A stretch of 64,000 nucleotides of DNA, taken from contig JBBTWJ010000005.1 in the NCBI GenBank assembly GCA_038062895.1, positions 3,715 through 67,714 on the forward strand. The letters run 5' to 3'. Each line of letters opens with the position of its first letter. Position 1 is the stretch's first letter. The notes beneath the pieces are model-generated. The model was not told where the DNA came from. It ran no database searches and saw only the letters and a program-made list of their open reading frames with translations. This stretch comes from Patescibacteria group bacterium (GTDB lineage: Bacteria > Patescibacteriota > Microgenomatia > UBA10105 > UBA927). A program made the translations under genes and the position numbers. Positions 38,709 to 47,176 of the stretch are shown here, piece by piece.

Positions 38709-39245
38709 ATTTTTCCACCAATCGTGGGAATCGGATGCTGCCAAATCCTTCGCGAGCTCAATGGCTTCCGGCAGTCGGAGGCGGGTCAGGTTACCGTCCA
38801 GCCACTCCCGCGCATGGGTGTTCCCTTTTTCCTCCAAAAGTTTAAGTTCAACGAGAAACGCAATCACGTTGGCTTCATAGGCGACACGCGCCTCAAGCGA
38901 CTCTTTTTTCTCAAACTCATCCAGCCGGGCTAAAAGCCCATCATCGATACCGGCAAAAATATCCCGGTTGGCTTTATCCTGATCCCGCGTCATGTAAAAC
39001 GTGGCGATTTTATCCAGGTCCCCCGTGCGGGCTTCATGGAAATCATGAAACACAGACATCACGAGCACTGTCTCGAGATTTGCTTTCAGTTCCTTAGCCA
39101 AAAAGTAGGCAATAACGCAGGTCATAAACGTATGCTCGCCGACCCCTTCCTGATTATCTCCCAGGATTTGCCAGCCGGTCCGCTGCATCCGTTTGACGAC
39201 GGCTGCTTCGTAGACGAGATTGGTGATAGATTTGGTATTTTTCAT
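38673..39245 (-). CDS. HD-domain 5'-deoxynucleotidase-like protein
   Basis: QRTGW..EGVGEH..HDFHEARTGD. Confidence 0.88.
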   Translation of the reverse strand: MKNTKSITNLVYEAAVVKRMQRTGWQILGDNQEGVGEHTFMTCVIAYFLAKELKANLETVLVMSVFHDFHEARTGDLDKIATFYMTRDQDKANRDIFAGIDDGLLARLDEFEKKESLEARVAYEANVIAFLVELKLLEEKGNTHAREWLDGNLTRLRLPEAIELAKDLAASDSHDWWKNLRATIHEEFLK

Positions 39246-39286
39246 ATGTTGTTGCCCGCCACGTTTCCCGCCAACGCGGGATTACG

Positions 39287-39361
39287 TGGCGCACCTGGCG
39301 AGAATCGAACTCGCATCACCGGCTTCGGAGGCCAGTACTCTATCCGTTAAGCTACAGGTGC
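39287..39361 (-). tRNA. tRNA-Arg(CCG)
   Basis: GCACCTG acceptor, CT-CCG-AA, encoded CCA. Confidence 0.96.
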
Positions 39362-39435
39362 TACAGGTGCAAAATTCGTACCCCGTAAGTATACCTCAAC
39401 TGCGTGATGAAATAGAAATTTTACCGTAATAGAAT

Positions 39436-39467
39436 AGACAAAATACACCACGTGGTGTATTTTGTCT
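39436..39467. repeat. Perfect 32-bp loopless palindrome
   Basis: AGACAAAATACACCAC|GTGGTGTATTTTGTCT. Confidence 0.9.
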
Positions 39468-39469
39468 CA

Positions 39470-39883
39470 TCAGCGGATTTTTGTCAGGTCACTATCCAAA
39501 ACTACTGGCTGAAGAGCGTGCATTTCCGTCAAGTAATCCATTTGAGGAATTGGGTTTAGGAGAAATATCTTTTTGCCCAACCAAAATGCGATCCCCATTT
39601 CTAAAAAGGTGTTCCCGCCAATATATCCGGCAATCCCCTTCTTATCTAAATTGAGAACCAATATCGCATCAGACTCATGAATAAAGTTAAAGTGATCCCG
39701 GATGACATCATACTCAACTTTGATGAGTACTTTTTCCTCATCAGTGTCTTTGTATGACTCATTTTTGGTGATGTCGTAAACCCCCTTAGGAACAAAAACC
39801 ACGTGACCAAACTCCTCGAGCTTCTTTTTATACGCGAGCATCTCTTCGTGAAACTGCATGCTACCGCAAATTGTGATCGTCAT
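39470..39883 (-). CDS. Nucleoside deoxyribosyltransferase-like protein
   Basis: ITICGSM..SDAILVLN..GYIGGNTFLEMGIA. Confidence 0.7.
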   Translation of the reverse strand: MTITICGSMQFHEEMLAYKKKLEEFGHVVFVPKGVYDITKNESYKDTDEEKVLIKVEYDVIRDHFNFIHESDAILVLNLDKKGIAGYIGGNTFLEMGIAFWLGKKIFLLNPIPQMDYLTEMHALQPVVLDSDLTKIR

Positions 39884-40674
39884 AGGTGTATATCTTTCGT
39901 TTCAACCGCATTATAGACCTCATCAAAAAACATATTTTTCCGCCACGGTGTAATGGAGATGACATTCTCCATAAGTGCTCCAACTTCTTCACTCGCTTCG
40001 TGATCTCTCGATGAAGGAATGGTGCCGACGGAATACGTAAACCGGTGGCTCTTTCCATCTTTTTCTATTGGGTAGTTATAAAATGTCTGTACATTATCCA
40101 ATGGTTTCGTGATCCGAGCGTGCATCGTCGCTTTTTCAGGAAAATTAACGTTCACTATGGCCGCCCCCCATACATCGAGTGAAAATATTCTATTCAACAG
40201 CGATGAAAGCGTCTTGATGGGATACGGATCATAGCCATCAAGTGACTCGTTGACGTCGTGTGGACGTAAATAATGCTCCTGTCCCACGTGCCAAGAAAGA
40301 ATTATTGCTTTTGGCGCGATATGTAACGCGACTCCATGCACCGCTGCTGATATAGTGCCAGAAGGAATCCCTTGCCCTATGTTTGCACCGAGATTCATAC
40401 CGGAAATAATATAGTCAAACGGAGGATAATTTCCCGCGACGAACTCCATGACGTCTGCCGGATACCCATCTACCCATAACGCCTTCACCCCATCAACCAC
40501 ATCCTCTCCCCACGAAGCGCCGGTCTTGAGACTGACGTGACCGCCGACTCCGCTCATCTGCGATTTGGTCGCGGCTATCGTGATATCAGCGAGATCGCCA
40601 AGCGCGCGGATGACCAAGCGCGTACCGATTGATTGGTATCCATCATCTCCGGTGAGCAAAATCCGCTTTTTCAT
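39880..40674 (-). CDS. surE: 5'/3'-nucleotidase SurE
   Basis: ILLTGDDG, QMSGVG, ISGMNLGAN, SGTISAA. Confidence 0.88.
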   Translation of the reverse strand: MKKRILLTGDDGYQSIGTRLVIRALGDLADITIAATKSQMSGVGGHVSLKTGASWGEDVVDGVKALWVDGYPADVMEFVAGNYPPFDYIISGMNLGANIGQGIPSGTISAAVHGVALHIAPKAIILSWHVGQEHYLRPHDVNESLDGYDPYPIKTLSSLLNRIFSLDVWGAAIVNVNFPEKATMHARITKPLDNVQTFYNYPIEKDGKSHRFTYSVGTIPSSRDHEASEEVGALMENVISITPWRKNMFFDEVYNAVETKDIHL

Positions 40675-41123
40675 AATTTGATCTTGTGTAATTCTATCTC
40701 ATAATCCACCCAACCGCTCGGACGAAACCCCATCTTTTTATACCATGATTTAGGAAATACTTGTCTATCATCTATCAAGAAATGTATTCCGTGAATACGT
40801 TTTTTCTTAACAAGCGACACGAGCGTTTGAAAAATAAGCTTTGCAACTCCCTGTCGTTTATACGGCTCAAATACCTGTAAAGAATCAACAAACAAATACT
40901 GCCCTTCATAATTTGGGTCCAACCGACAAAACACCCCACCCAAACAGACGCCTTCATCATTAACCACAGCAAAACACCAATCGGGAAAATTCGTAAGGCT
41001 TCTCCTTAAATAATCGTTTGATGTGGCGATCGTAAATCGGCGGCCTTTTTTCTCTGAATAAATTCTGGCGAAGTCGTGAACCAGAAGATCAAAATAATTT
41101 TTGGTAATGGAGACAATTTGCAT
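40671..41123 (-). CDS. GNAT acetyltransferase
   Basis: YKRQGVAK, WYKKMGF; start set at MQIVS after the tRNA. Confidence 0.82.
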   Translation of the reverse strand: MQIVSITKNYFDLLVHDFARIYSEKKGRRFTIATSNDYLRRSLTNFPDWCFAVVNDEGVCLGGVFCRLDPNYEGQYLFVDSLQVFEPYKRQGVAKLIFQTLVSLVKKKRIHGIHFLIDDRQVFPKSWYKKMGFRPSGWVDYEIELHKIKL

Positions 41124-41126
41124 AAG

Positions 41127-41213
41127 CGGTGGGGGCGAGATTTGAACTCGCGTGGGCCTTTCGACCCCCATGGTTTTCGAGACCAGGCAGTTAAACCACT
41201 CCTGCACCCCACC
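41127..41213 (-). tRNA. tRNA-Ser(CGA)
   Basis: GGTGGGG acceptor, CT-CGA-AA, long variable arm. Confidence 0.93.
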
Positions 41214-41236
41214 TAAAACTGCCCTAGCAAAAAATG

Positions 41237-41309
41237 CGCACCCGGCGAGATTCGAACTCGCAACCGTCAGATCCGCAATCTGATGCTCTATCCATTAAGC
41301 TACGGGTGC
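41237..41309 (-). tRNA. tRNA-Arg(GCG)
   Basis: TCAGA-TT-GCG-GA-TCTGA anticodon arm. Confidence 0.94.
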
Positions 41310-41370
41310 TTCTGGGACGAAACCCATATAATATGGACGTATTATACCTTGAACCCTAGGTAAACGTAAA

Positions 41371-41892
41371 TTACGCAGCGGGTTTATCCAGAGGAATTTT
41401 TTTAGAAAGCCAGGAGGCGGCGTTATCCGACCACGTCCGATCAGGCTCCGATCGGAAGGGTATGTGCTTGGCTATGATATCCCGTACCTTTTCCGGCTTC
41501 TCATTCCCGAGGAGTACAAATACCCTGGGAGAAAAATACGGATGCAGGACAACCATGTGCTGATCCCATTGTTCCTCCAGCCAAAAATCGATTATCTCCT
41601 CCCAACGGTAGAAATGCCCGGCGCTTTCTATCCCCAGGTTGGTAATCCGATGAGATACTTCCTCCGGCGGAACCGTCGAGAGGACGTAAATGAGAAATAC
41701 GATGGAGAGAACGGCGGCAATAAGAACAAACTCACGCGCAAAGACTAAAATAATGGTGAGTAAAAATACGATCGCCCCGATGTTGGTGAAGTACGCGCGG
41801 TCACGCCGCTTAAAAAGACGCGAGGGGCTCGTCCAGGAAAGGAAAACTTCCTCCTCGCGACTCTCACTCACCCGAGCAGACTGTTTATCCAT
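41371..41892 (-). CDS. Two-TM protein with PH-like C-terminus
   Basis: W..PSR.FK.R, 2 TM, ITNLGI..Y.W. Confidence 0.7.
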   Translation of the reverse strand: MDKQSARVSESREEEVFLSWTSPSRLFKRRDRAYFTNIGAIVFLLTIILVFAREFVLIAAVLSIVFLIYVLSTVPPEEVSHRITNLGIESAGHFYRWEEIIDFWLEEQWDQHMVVLHPYFSPRVFVLLGNEKPEKVRDIIAKHIPFRSEPDRTWSDNAASWLSKKIPLDKPAA

Positions 41893-41941
41893 GAAGTCAG
41901 TATACCATATCAAATTCTGCTATAATCAATGCGCTTCCTGA

Positions 41942-42026
41942 GGAGAGTGGGCCGGACGGTAAGGCACAAGTTTGCTAAACTTGCACCGTGAATAACGGTG
42001 AGTGGGTTCGACTCCCACACTCTCCG
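41942..42026 (+). tRNA. tRNA-Ser(GCT)
   Basis: CAAGT-TT-GCT-AA-ACTTG, long variable arm; TGCTATAAT upstream. Confidence 0.94.
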
Positions 42027-42031
42027 CCCAG

Positions 42032-42113
42032 GGAGGGTGGGCAGGACGGTAATGCGCGAGTCTTGAAAACTCGTGGGCGCAAGCCCTAAGAGGTTCGACC
42101 CCTCTACCCTCCG
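42032..42113 (+). tRNA. tRNA-Ser(TGA)
   Basis: CGAGT-CT-TGA-AA-ACTCG, long variable arm. Confidence 0.94.
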
Positions 42114-42117
42114 CAGA

Positions 42118-42759
42118 TTAATCCCGACTCCGAATAAAAAGTGCTTTGCCACGATGAACATTGATCGTGGCAACATTCCCACGGATTTCGTTGCTGATGC
42201 CGAGTGTTTGTCCACGATGAATAATCGTATGGGTGAGGTTGTAGGCGAAACCAATAAGAGAAACCTCTATGGTTTCTGTGATTGCAAGAACGGAAACATA
42301 TCGAAAACGAGCTTCTTTTTTGATCGTCAAAACGTTCTCGACAACCATTACCTCATTGTTCTCATCCCGGATCACTCCCACAACCCCTTTATCATGTAAT
42401 CTCTCTAACAGATGAACGTTCGCCAGGGTGTGATCCAGCCTATCTCCAACGGCTCCATAGATAATCACTTCTTTTGCCCCAATCGTTATTGCGTGGTCCA
42501 CGGCAAGCTCCATATCCGACGCGTCTTTTTTCTGCGGGTGCTCTTCAATCCGCTTACTCTTCTGTTTAATGAACCGAAGCTCGCTTGCGTTCACTGAATC
42601 AAAATCACCGATGGCAATATCCGGAATGATGTTATATTTAATTAACCAATATGCCCCACGGTCAACACCGATGACGTAATCCGCACCACTAATCCCCGAA
42701 ATAAACTTTTCACTAAGCTCCCCGCCCCCAATAATTGTGATCGTTTTAATCTGTTTCAT
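42118..42759 (-). CDS. thiN: Thiamine diphosphokinase
   Basis: GVDRGA, GDFDS, KDASD, GDRLDHTLAN, GISNE. Confidence 0.93.
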   Translation of the reverse strand: MKQIKTITIIGGGELSEKFISGISGADYVIGVDRGAYWLIKYNIIPDIAIGDFDSVNASELRFIKQKSKRIEEHPQKKDASDMELAVDHAITIGAKEVIIYGAVGDRLDHTLANVHLLERLHDKGVVGVIRDENNEVMVVENVLTIKKEARFRYVSVLAITETIEVSLIGFAYNLTHTIIHRGQTLGISNEIRGNVATINVHRGKALFIRSRD

Positions 42760-42772
42760 TTTTAATTTTCTC

Positions 42773-42807
42773 AAGGCCACCCCTTGCAAACGCCAAGGGG
42801 TGGCCTT
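42773..42807. repeat. 35-bp palindrome, AAGG-N5-CCTTG family
   Basis: AAGGCCACCCCTTGCAAACGCCAAGGGGTGGCCTT, identical to 60672..60706. Confidence 0.9.
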
Positions 42808-42817
42808 TAACACGATA

Positions 42818-43504
42818 TTATCGGGCCATCGTAACAGCCCAGACGAAACGGGCTCCCGCGCGCTTGAGGGTCTCGGCTGCGGCCCGCATGGTCGCGCCAG
42901 TCGTAAAGACATCGTCAAAAAGTATTACATAGCTAGATGGTTTGATGGTTGGATGGTTATAAGAAAATACATCTTTCATATTTCGAAGTCTTTCCCGCCG
43001 GTCTTTCATTTCCACCTGCGGAGTAGTCGCCTTGACGCGCCTTAGAATATCGACTCGCATGGGGATATGCAACTGATCAGCAAGTAAACGACCTAACACT
43101 TCGGCTTGATTGAATCCGCGATCGCGGAAACGAGAGGGATGGAGGGGAATGGGGATAAGAGTAGCTTCGTTAATTCGTAGTTTCGTTGCTTCGTTAAAGA
43201 ATGAAGCAGGAATAAGCGATACAAACTCTTTGACGAGGTCAGTGACGCGGCGATATTTGAGGGTTTTGACAGCCTTCTTAATGATCCCGTCGTAACGGAA
43301 TATACTCGTGAGGCCATCAAGAGAATATTTACTCTGACACCGCGGGTGGGTGAGACCCCCTATCGCCGGGCGTTCACAGATGGGGCAAATAGTTTCCGAT
43401 GCCCCGATGACTCGAACGATGGAGGCACACCGGTTACAAAAATACTTACCGAACCGCCAACATGTGAGGCAGCGTTTGGGGAAAATGAGGTCGAGGATAT
43501 GCAT
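42818..43504 (-). CDS. comF: ComF family protein (Zn fingers + PRTase)
   Basis: FPKRC..C, PIPLH..RGFNQA, DDVFTTGAT. Confidence 0.93.
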   Translation of the reverse strand: MHILDLIFPKRCLTCWRFGKYFCNRCASIVRVIGASETICPICERPAIGGLTHPRCQSKYSLDGLTSIFRYDGIIKKAVKTLKYRRVTDLVKEFVSLIPASFFNEATKLRINEATLIPIPLHPSRFRDRGFNQAEVLGRLLADQLHIPMRVDILRRVKATTPQVEMKDRRERLRNMKDVFSYNHPTIKPSSYVILFDDVFTTGATMRAAAETLKRAGARFVWAVTMAR

Positions 43505-43510
43505 TTTCTT

Positions 43511-43544
43511 AAGGTACTTCCTTGCTTCTGCAAGGAAGTACCTT
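43511..43544. repeat. Palindrome of AAGG-N5-CCTTG family after tmRNA (possible terminator)
   Basis: AAGGTACTTCCTTGCTTCTGCAAGGAAGTACCTT. Confidence 0.75.
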
Positions 43545-43555
43545 GTAAAACCCTG

Positions 43556-43978
43556 TGGAGACGGAGAGGAATGACCTCTCGTCCAAGAACTTGTTCTCAA
43601 CACATCTACAGGCGTAGTCAATCAATAGTTGTCATTCCTTCCGTAACCGATTGACAGGAAAGAAGAAATCAAGACGAATTGGGCTTGACCATCCTTGGAA
43701 CGTCATACCAGGGCGGCTGCATCCCGACTGTGTTTTCACCTCTTGATAGTCACCGGGCAAACAACTCAAGAGATGGCTGTATTAGGCCGCTAACGGTAAA
43801 GCCGCGTACCTACCAGCGAACCTTCGAGCAGAAAGCGCTTGCTCTGCAGCAGCAACTTGTGCCTCAAGTTCATCTAAAGCTTTATCAGCATTTAGGTTTT
43901 TTAAGCTTGTTTTACGACCACGCTCAAGGTCGGCCTGCAGTGTAAAAGAGCAAATTCCTGTCGAATCAATACGTCCCC
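43556..43978 (-). ncRNA. ssrA: tmRNA
   Basis: 5' GGGGACG..GATTCGAC, 3' CGTCTCCA with G3-U70; tag ORF 43889..43782 ends LAA; downstream of smpB. Confidence 0.95.
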
Positions 43979-43982
43979 ATTT

Positions 43983-44063
43983 TAATAAACGAATCGAATT
44001 TCAATAAATAAATACTTCTCATTCGTTTATTAGGTTATTCTATTATTTCCTTATTCGTTTATT
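43983..44063. repeat. TTATTC-type 8-mer array with inverted arm
   Basis: AATAAACGAAT..ATTCGTTTATT..TTATTCTA TTATTTCC TTATTCGT. Confidence 0.6.
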
Positions 44064-44505
44064 ACTTCACTTTCCCCCGGAACTCGGTTTCCAGTTCTCT
44101 CTTTTGATCTTCCCGCTTCTTGATTTCGCGCTTTTCGTACTGCTTTTTTCCGCGCGCCAAGCCTACTTCGAGCTTCACCAGGGAGCCTTTAGTATACCAA
44201 AAGAGTGGCACGAGGGTCAAATTGGCGCTATCGAGCTTACTCTTGAGACTAATAATCTCTTTTTTGTGGATAAGGAGCTTGCGGGTCCGGGCCGGATCGT
44301 ATCCTTCCGGACGCGCATACATATACGGAAAAATCTGAGCACCAACCAGGAATAGTTCTGACCCGATCACTTTGACGTAAGACCCATCCAATTTTGCGTT
44401 TCCGTTACGCAGTGACTTGACCTCGCTCCCCACGAGGTGTATCCCCGCTTCAAAGCGGTCCAGTATTTCGTAATCAAACGTGGCTTTATGGTTGACGATT
44501 TTCAT
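44062..44505 (-). CDS. smpB: SsrA-binding protein
   Basis: EAGIHLVGSEVKS, RTRKLL, GKKQYEKRE. Confidence 0.97.
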   Translation of the reverse strand: MKIVNHKATFDYEILDRFEAGIHLVGSEVKSLRNGNAKLDGSYVKVIGSELFLVGAQIFPYMYARPEGYDPARTRKLLIHKKEIISLKSKLDSANLTLVPLFWYTKGSLVKLEVGLARGKKQYEKREIKKREDQKRELETEFRGKVK

Positions 44506-46298
44506 TTCAGTTCCACAGAGTATATCTTTCCGTCAGCTAAAAGCAAAATACGCTTGAGCTTTTCAGAAACGAAGAGCTGGTTGGGGACCATGCTTCCGGC
44601 CCAAACGTATTGGGCCTGATACACGCCTTCTTTGTCCAAAACTACCACGCGTTTGTTGTCGCTATCTAAAACATAAAGAAGCTTATCCTCTTCCGTGGTG
44701 GCGACCACCAGTGTTTTTCCCAATGACGGCTCCACGCCACGGGGCGCAAACGTTTCTTCCTTCCCCTGCACAAAATGAATAATTCTCCTATCCCCGGTCC
44801 CCACCCAAATCCCACCATCCGCCGCCATACCCGTCCCCTGCGATAAATCCGGAAGTGTATCGGGATTGAGATACTCACGAATTTCAGAAAATCCCTTCTC
44901 TGTAGCAACATACTTCCAAATCCGACTCTTGCCGGTGTCCAAGAGATACAAATTGCCCCCATAGGAAACGACTGACGCAATAGTCCCCCATTGAGTATCC
45001 CCCCTTACCACTAATGGCGTGGTCTTCCCGTCGCTCGCTGACACACGATGAAGACCTCCATCTACAAGGACAAATATTGTATCCCCGTGTACAGCGAGAA
45101 GGCTAGCCCCACGATAACTTTCGCCGCCTCCGATGATCCGTCCATTCTTCGATTGAATGGCGACGACTGCCGCAGTCGGCCCACGCGTATCCAAAAGTGC
45201 GAGCGCATCACCATCTGATCCGAATGAAGAAATCGACGCCGACGCCTTGAGCAGGGTAAGGTCATAAAATAGTGAGGGTTCGCCGCGGTAAACCTGCATA
45301 GCAATGGTCAATTGATCCACGACGTCTTTATAAAGTTTTGCCACTGCTTTGCCTTCTATGCTGGAAGGGGCCAACCCTTCACGAAGCGGCGAAAGCAACG
45401 TCTTGGCATCGCTTAGCCGTTCCCGACCCTTAACCGGATTAAGCTCGAGAAGGGCAACTCCCTCATCAAAAGCGTGCTGCGACTGGGCGAGAACCTCCGC
45501 AACGTGCGTTTCCACTTTTTGCCCCATCTGTTTGACAATTCCCAATACGACGCTTAATAAAAACAGCAGAACAAGAATGGCGGTGATGGGCACCATTGGC
45601 CTCTGCCACGGGATAGGTACATTTTTCAGGCGGTCTTTGAGACGTCTCGGATGAAGCATATAGGTGGCTATGCGCCTCACGCGGGATAGCCGAACAATCC
45701 GGGAAGGAGGCGCTTCTTTTTCCACTGGCACAAGTCCCTTCACTCTCACGATGAGGGCTGCTCCTCCCAAGCTTGATCCGCCTTCCTCTGACGGATGCTC
45801 GTGGATGGCAAGGGTCATTTTTTCCGCAACGTCCGCTGCGTCTCCATCACCAAAAAGCGCATTGGTTTCTTCATGAGAGAGCGTCCGGGCAACGCTTTTT
45901 GTCATGAGAATAAGTGTATCGCCCTCCTCTACTTGCCCAGATATGGCACCCGGCTTATCCATAAGGGTCGCCAGGCTCGACCCTCGCTTGAGGGATACCC
46001 GTCCCTCTCCCAACAGCACCACATAGAGAACCGCTCCCACTGGCACCAGAAGAATGAGACTGGTCACCGGCTCCTCCATGGCGTGGATGGCGATTTCTTG
46101 AGCTGCCTTTAAACTTTTTGGTGGATCTGCAGTCTGCTCGCTTAACCGGGCCAATACCTTGACTCCCCAATCCCGGGCGCGTCCGTCGGGATCCTCGATC
46201 TCCACCACACCATAGGCCACGGGAGATGATAATACCTGTCCCCAATGGAAATCATCAGCCGGTCCGAGGACGAACCCAAGTGATGGCAATATCTTCAT
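44502..46298 (-). CDS. Degenerate PP2C-like domain + TM + beta-propeller protein
   Basis: N-terminal PP2C-like fold, central TM, YGGNLYLLD..IWKY NHL-like repeats. Confidence 0.7.
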   Translation of the reverse strand: MKILPSLGFVLGPADDFHWGQVLSSPVAYGVVEIEDPDGRARDWGVKVLARLSEQTADPPKSLKAAQEIAIHAMEEPVTSLILLVPVGAVLYVVLLGEGRVSLKRGSSLATLMDKPGAISGQVEEGDTLILMTKSVARTLSHEETNALFGDGDAADVAEKMTLAIHEHPSEEGGSSLGGAALIVRVKGLVPVEKEAPPSRIVRLSRVRRIATYMLHPRRLKDRLKNVPIPWQRPMVPITAILVLLFLLSVVLGIVKQMGQKVETHVAEVLAQSQHAFDEGVALLELNPVKGRERLSDAKTLLSPLREGLAPSSIEGKAVAKLYKDVVDQLTIAMQVYRGEPSLFYDLTLLKASASISSFGSDGDALALLDTRGPTAAVVAIQSKNGRIIGGGESYRGASLLAVHGDTIFVLVDGGLHRVSASDGKTTPLVVRGDTQWGTIASVVSYGGNLYLLDTGKSRIWKYVATEKGFSEIREYLNPDTLPDLSQGTGMAADGGIWVGTGDRRIIHFVQGKEETFAPRGVEPSLGKTLVVATTEEDKLLYVLDSDNKRVVVLDKEGVYQAQYVWAGSMVPNQLFVSEKLKRILLLADGKIYSVELK

Positions 46299-46326
46299 TG
46301 AAGATATCGTACCACGAAAACAGAAA

Positions 46327-46545
46327 TCAGAGGATAATCACGGCGAGGATAAAAAGGCCCACGGCCGCCGCAAAATGGAGAATGGTCAGGATGCGAAGGA
46401 TGGGTTCAAATCCTTCCTCAAGGACGGCTGCCATGAGTTGTTCTTGCCGGATCATGATTCCAGCAAAAAGGCTATAGAGCCCCAAACCCACGAGCGTCAA
46501 TACTTTGATGATCGTCAGCGCGATGGTCATGATCGGTGGTGTCAT
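46327..46545 (-). CDS. Small two-TM protein (DUF5657-like)
   Basis: Y..FA....RQ..LM motif. Confidence 0.7.
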   Translation of the reverse strand: MTPPIMTIALTIIKVLTLVGLGLYSLFAGIMIRQEQLMAAVLEEGFEPILRILTILHFAAAVGLFILAVIIL

Positions 46546-47162
46546 ATAGATCCGGGCAAGTTCTCCGTGAGACTTCGTATCTTTTCAACGACTTTATCCG
46601 GACGCGGCACGGCAAGAAACTCCAGGTTAGGCATTTCCCCGGCCGTCTGAACATACACATTACCATAGTGAAACACCGTAGCAAAAATGCCGCCCGAAGT
46701 ATAGGAGATATCCTGAATGCGCTCAAGTTCCGCCTGAGAGAACCGCTTGAACAGGAGGTATTGGAAATCTATGTCAATGATGCGCTCGTTGGTGACGATG
46801 TAGATATTGAAAAACCAATGGAGAAAGTTCACAAGTGCAAATCCTAGCGTCACCAAATACCATGACAGCGTCCCGATCAGGACGTAGACAAACGGCAAAG
46901 GAGCAGGAAGACTTCGGAGTATCAGGGGAAAAAGCACAGACGGCGCCAGAAGAAATATGATGGTCACGGCAATCCACGGCACGTTGACGATGAGATGCTG
47001 CCGCAAGAATAAAGCAACCTGCTCTTCTGCTTCTTGCGTTTCAAACCGAACGCCATATGGATTGACGGCAAACGCGGTCAGCGGACTCATGCGGGCGTGG
47101 GCATGCGTCTTGATGGGTTTTTTGACTGGTTTGGTAACGGGAGCTTGGAAAAGTGTAGGCAT
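46542..47162 (-). CDS. Membrane protein with bacterial PH domain
   Basis: LRQH, YIVTNERIIDID, IQDI, YGNVYVQTAG. Confidence 0.85.
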   Translation of the reverse strand: MPTLFQAPVTKPVKKPIKTHAHARMSPLTAFAVNPYGVRFETQEAEEQVALFLRQHLIVNVPWIAVTIIFLLAPSVLFPLILRSLPAPLPFVYVLIGTLSWYLVTLGFALVNFLHWFFNIYIVTNERIIDIDFQYLLFKRFSQAELERIQDISYTSGGIFATVFHYGNVYVQTAGEMPNLEFLAVPRPDKVVEKIRSLTENLPGSI

Positions 47163-47176
47163 TTCCCGCTATTCTA

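Noticed and set aside
41910-42254. ORFs across the tRNA cluster (also 13384..13569, 39036..39429 and the extension to 41207)
   Set aside because: They overlap tRNA genes and are spurious.
43505-43945. ComF N-terminal extension and ORF 43679..43945
   Set aside because: Both overlap the tmRNA.
45775-45797. Further in-frame TCCGCC-family insertion (HPSEEGGS)
   Set aside because: Arms mismatched and short; cannot be separated from chance without orthologs.
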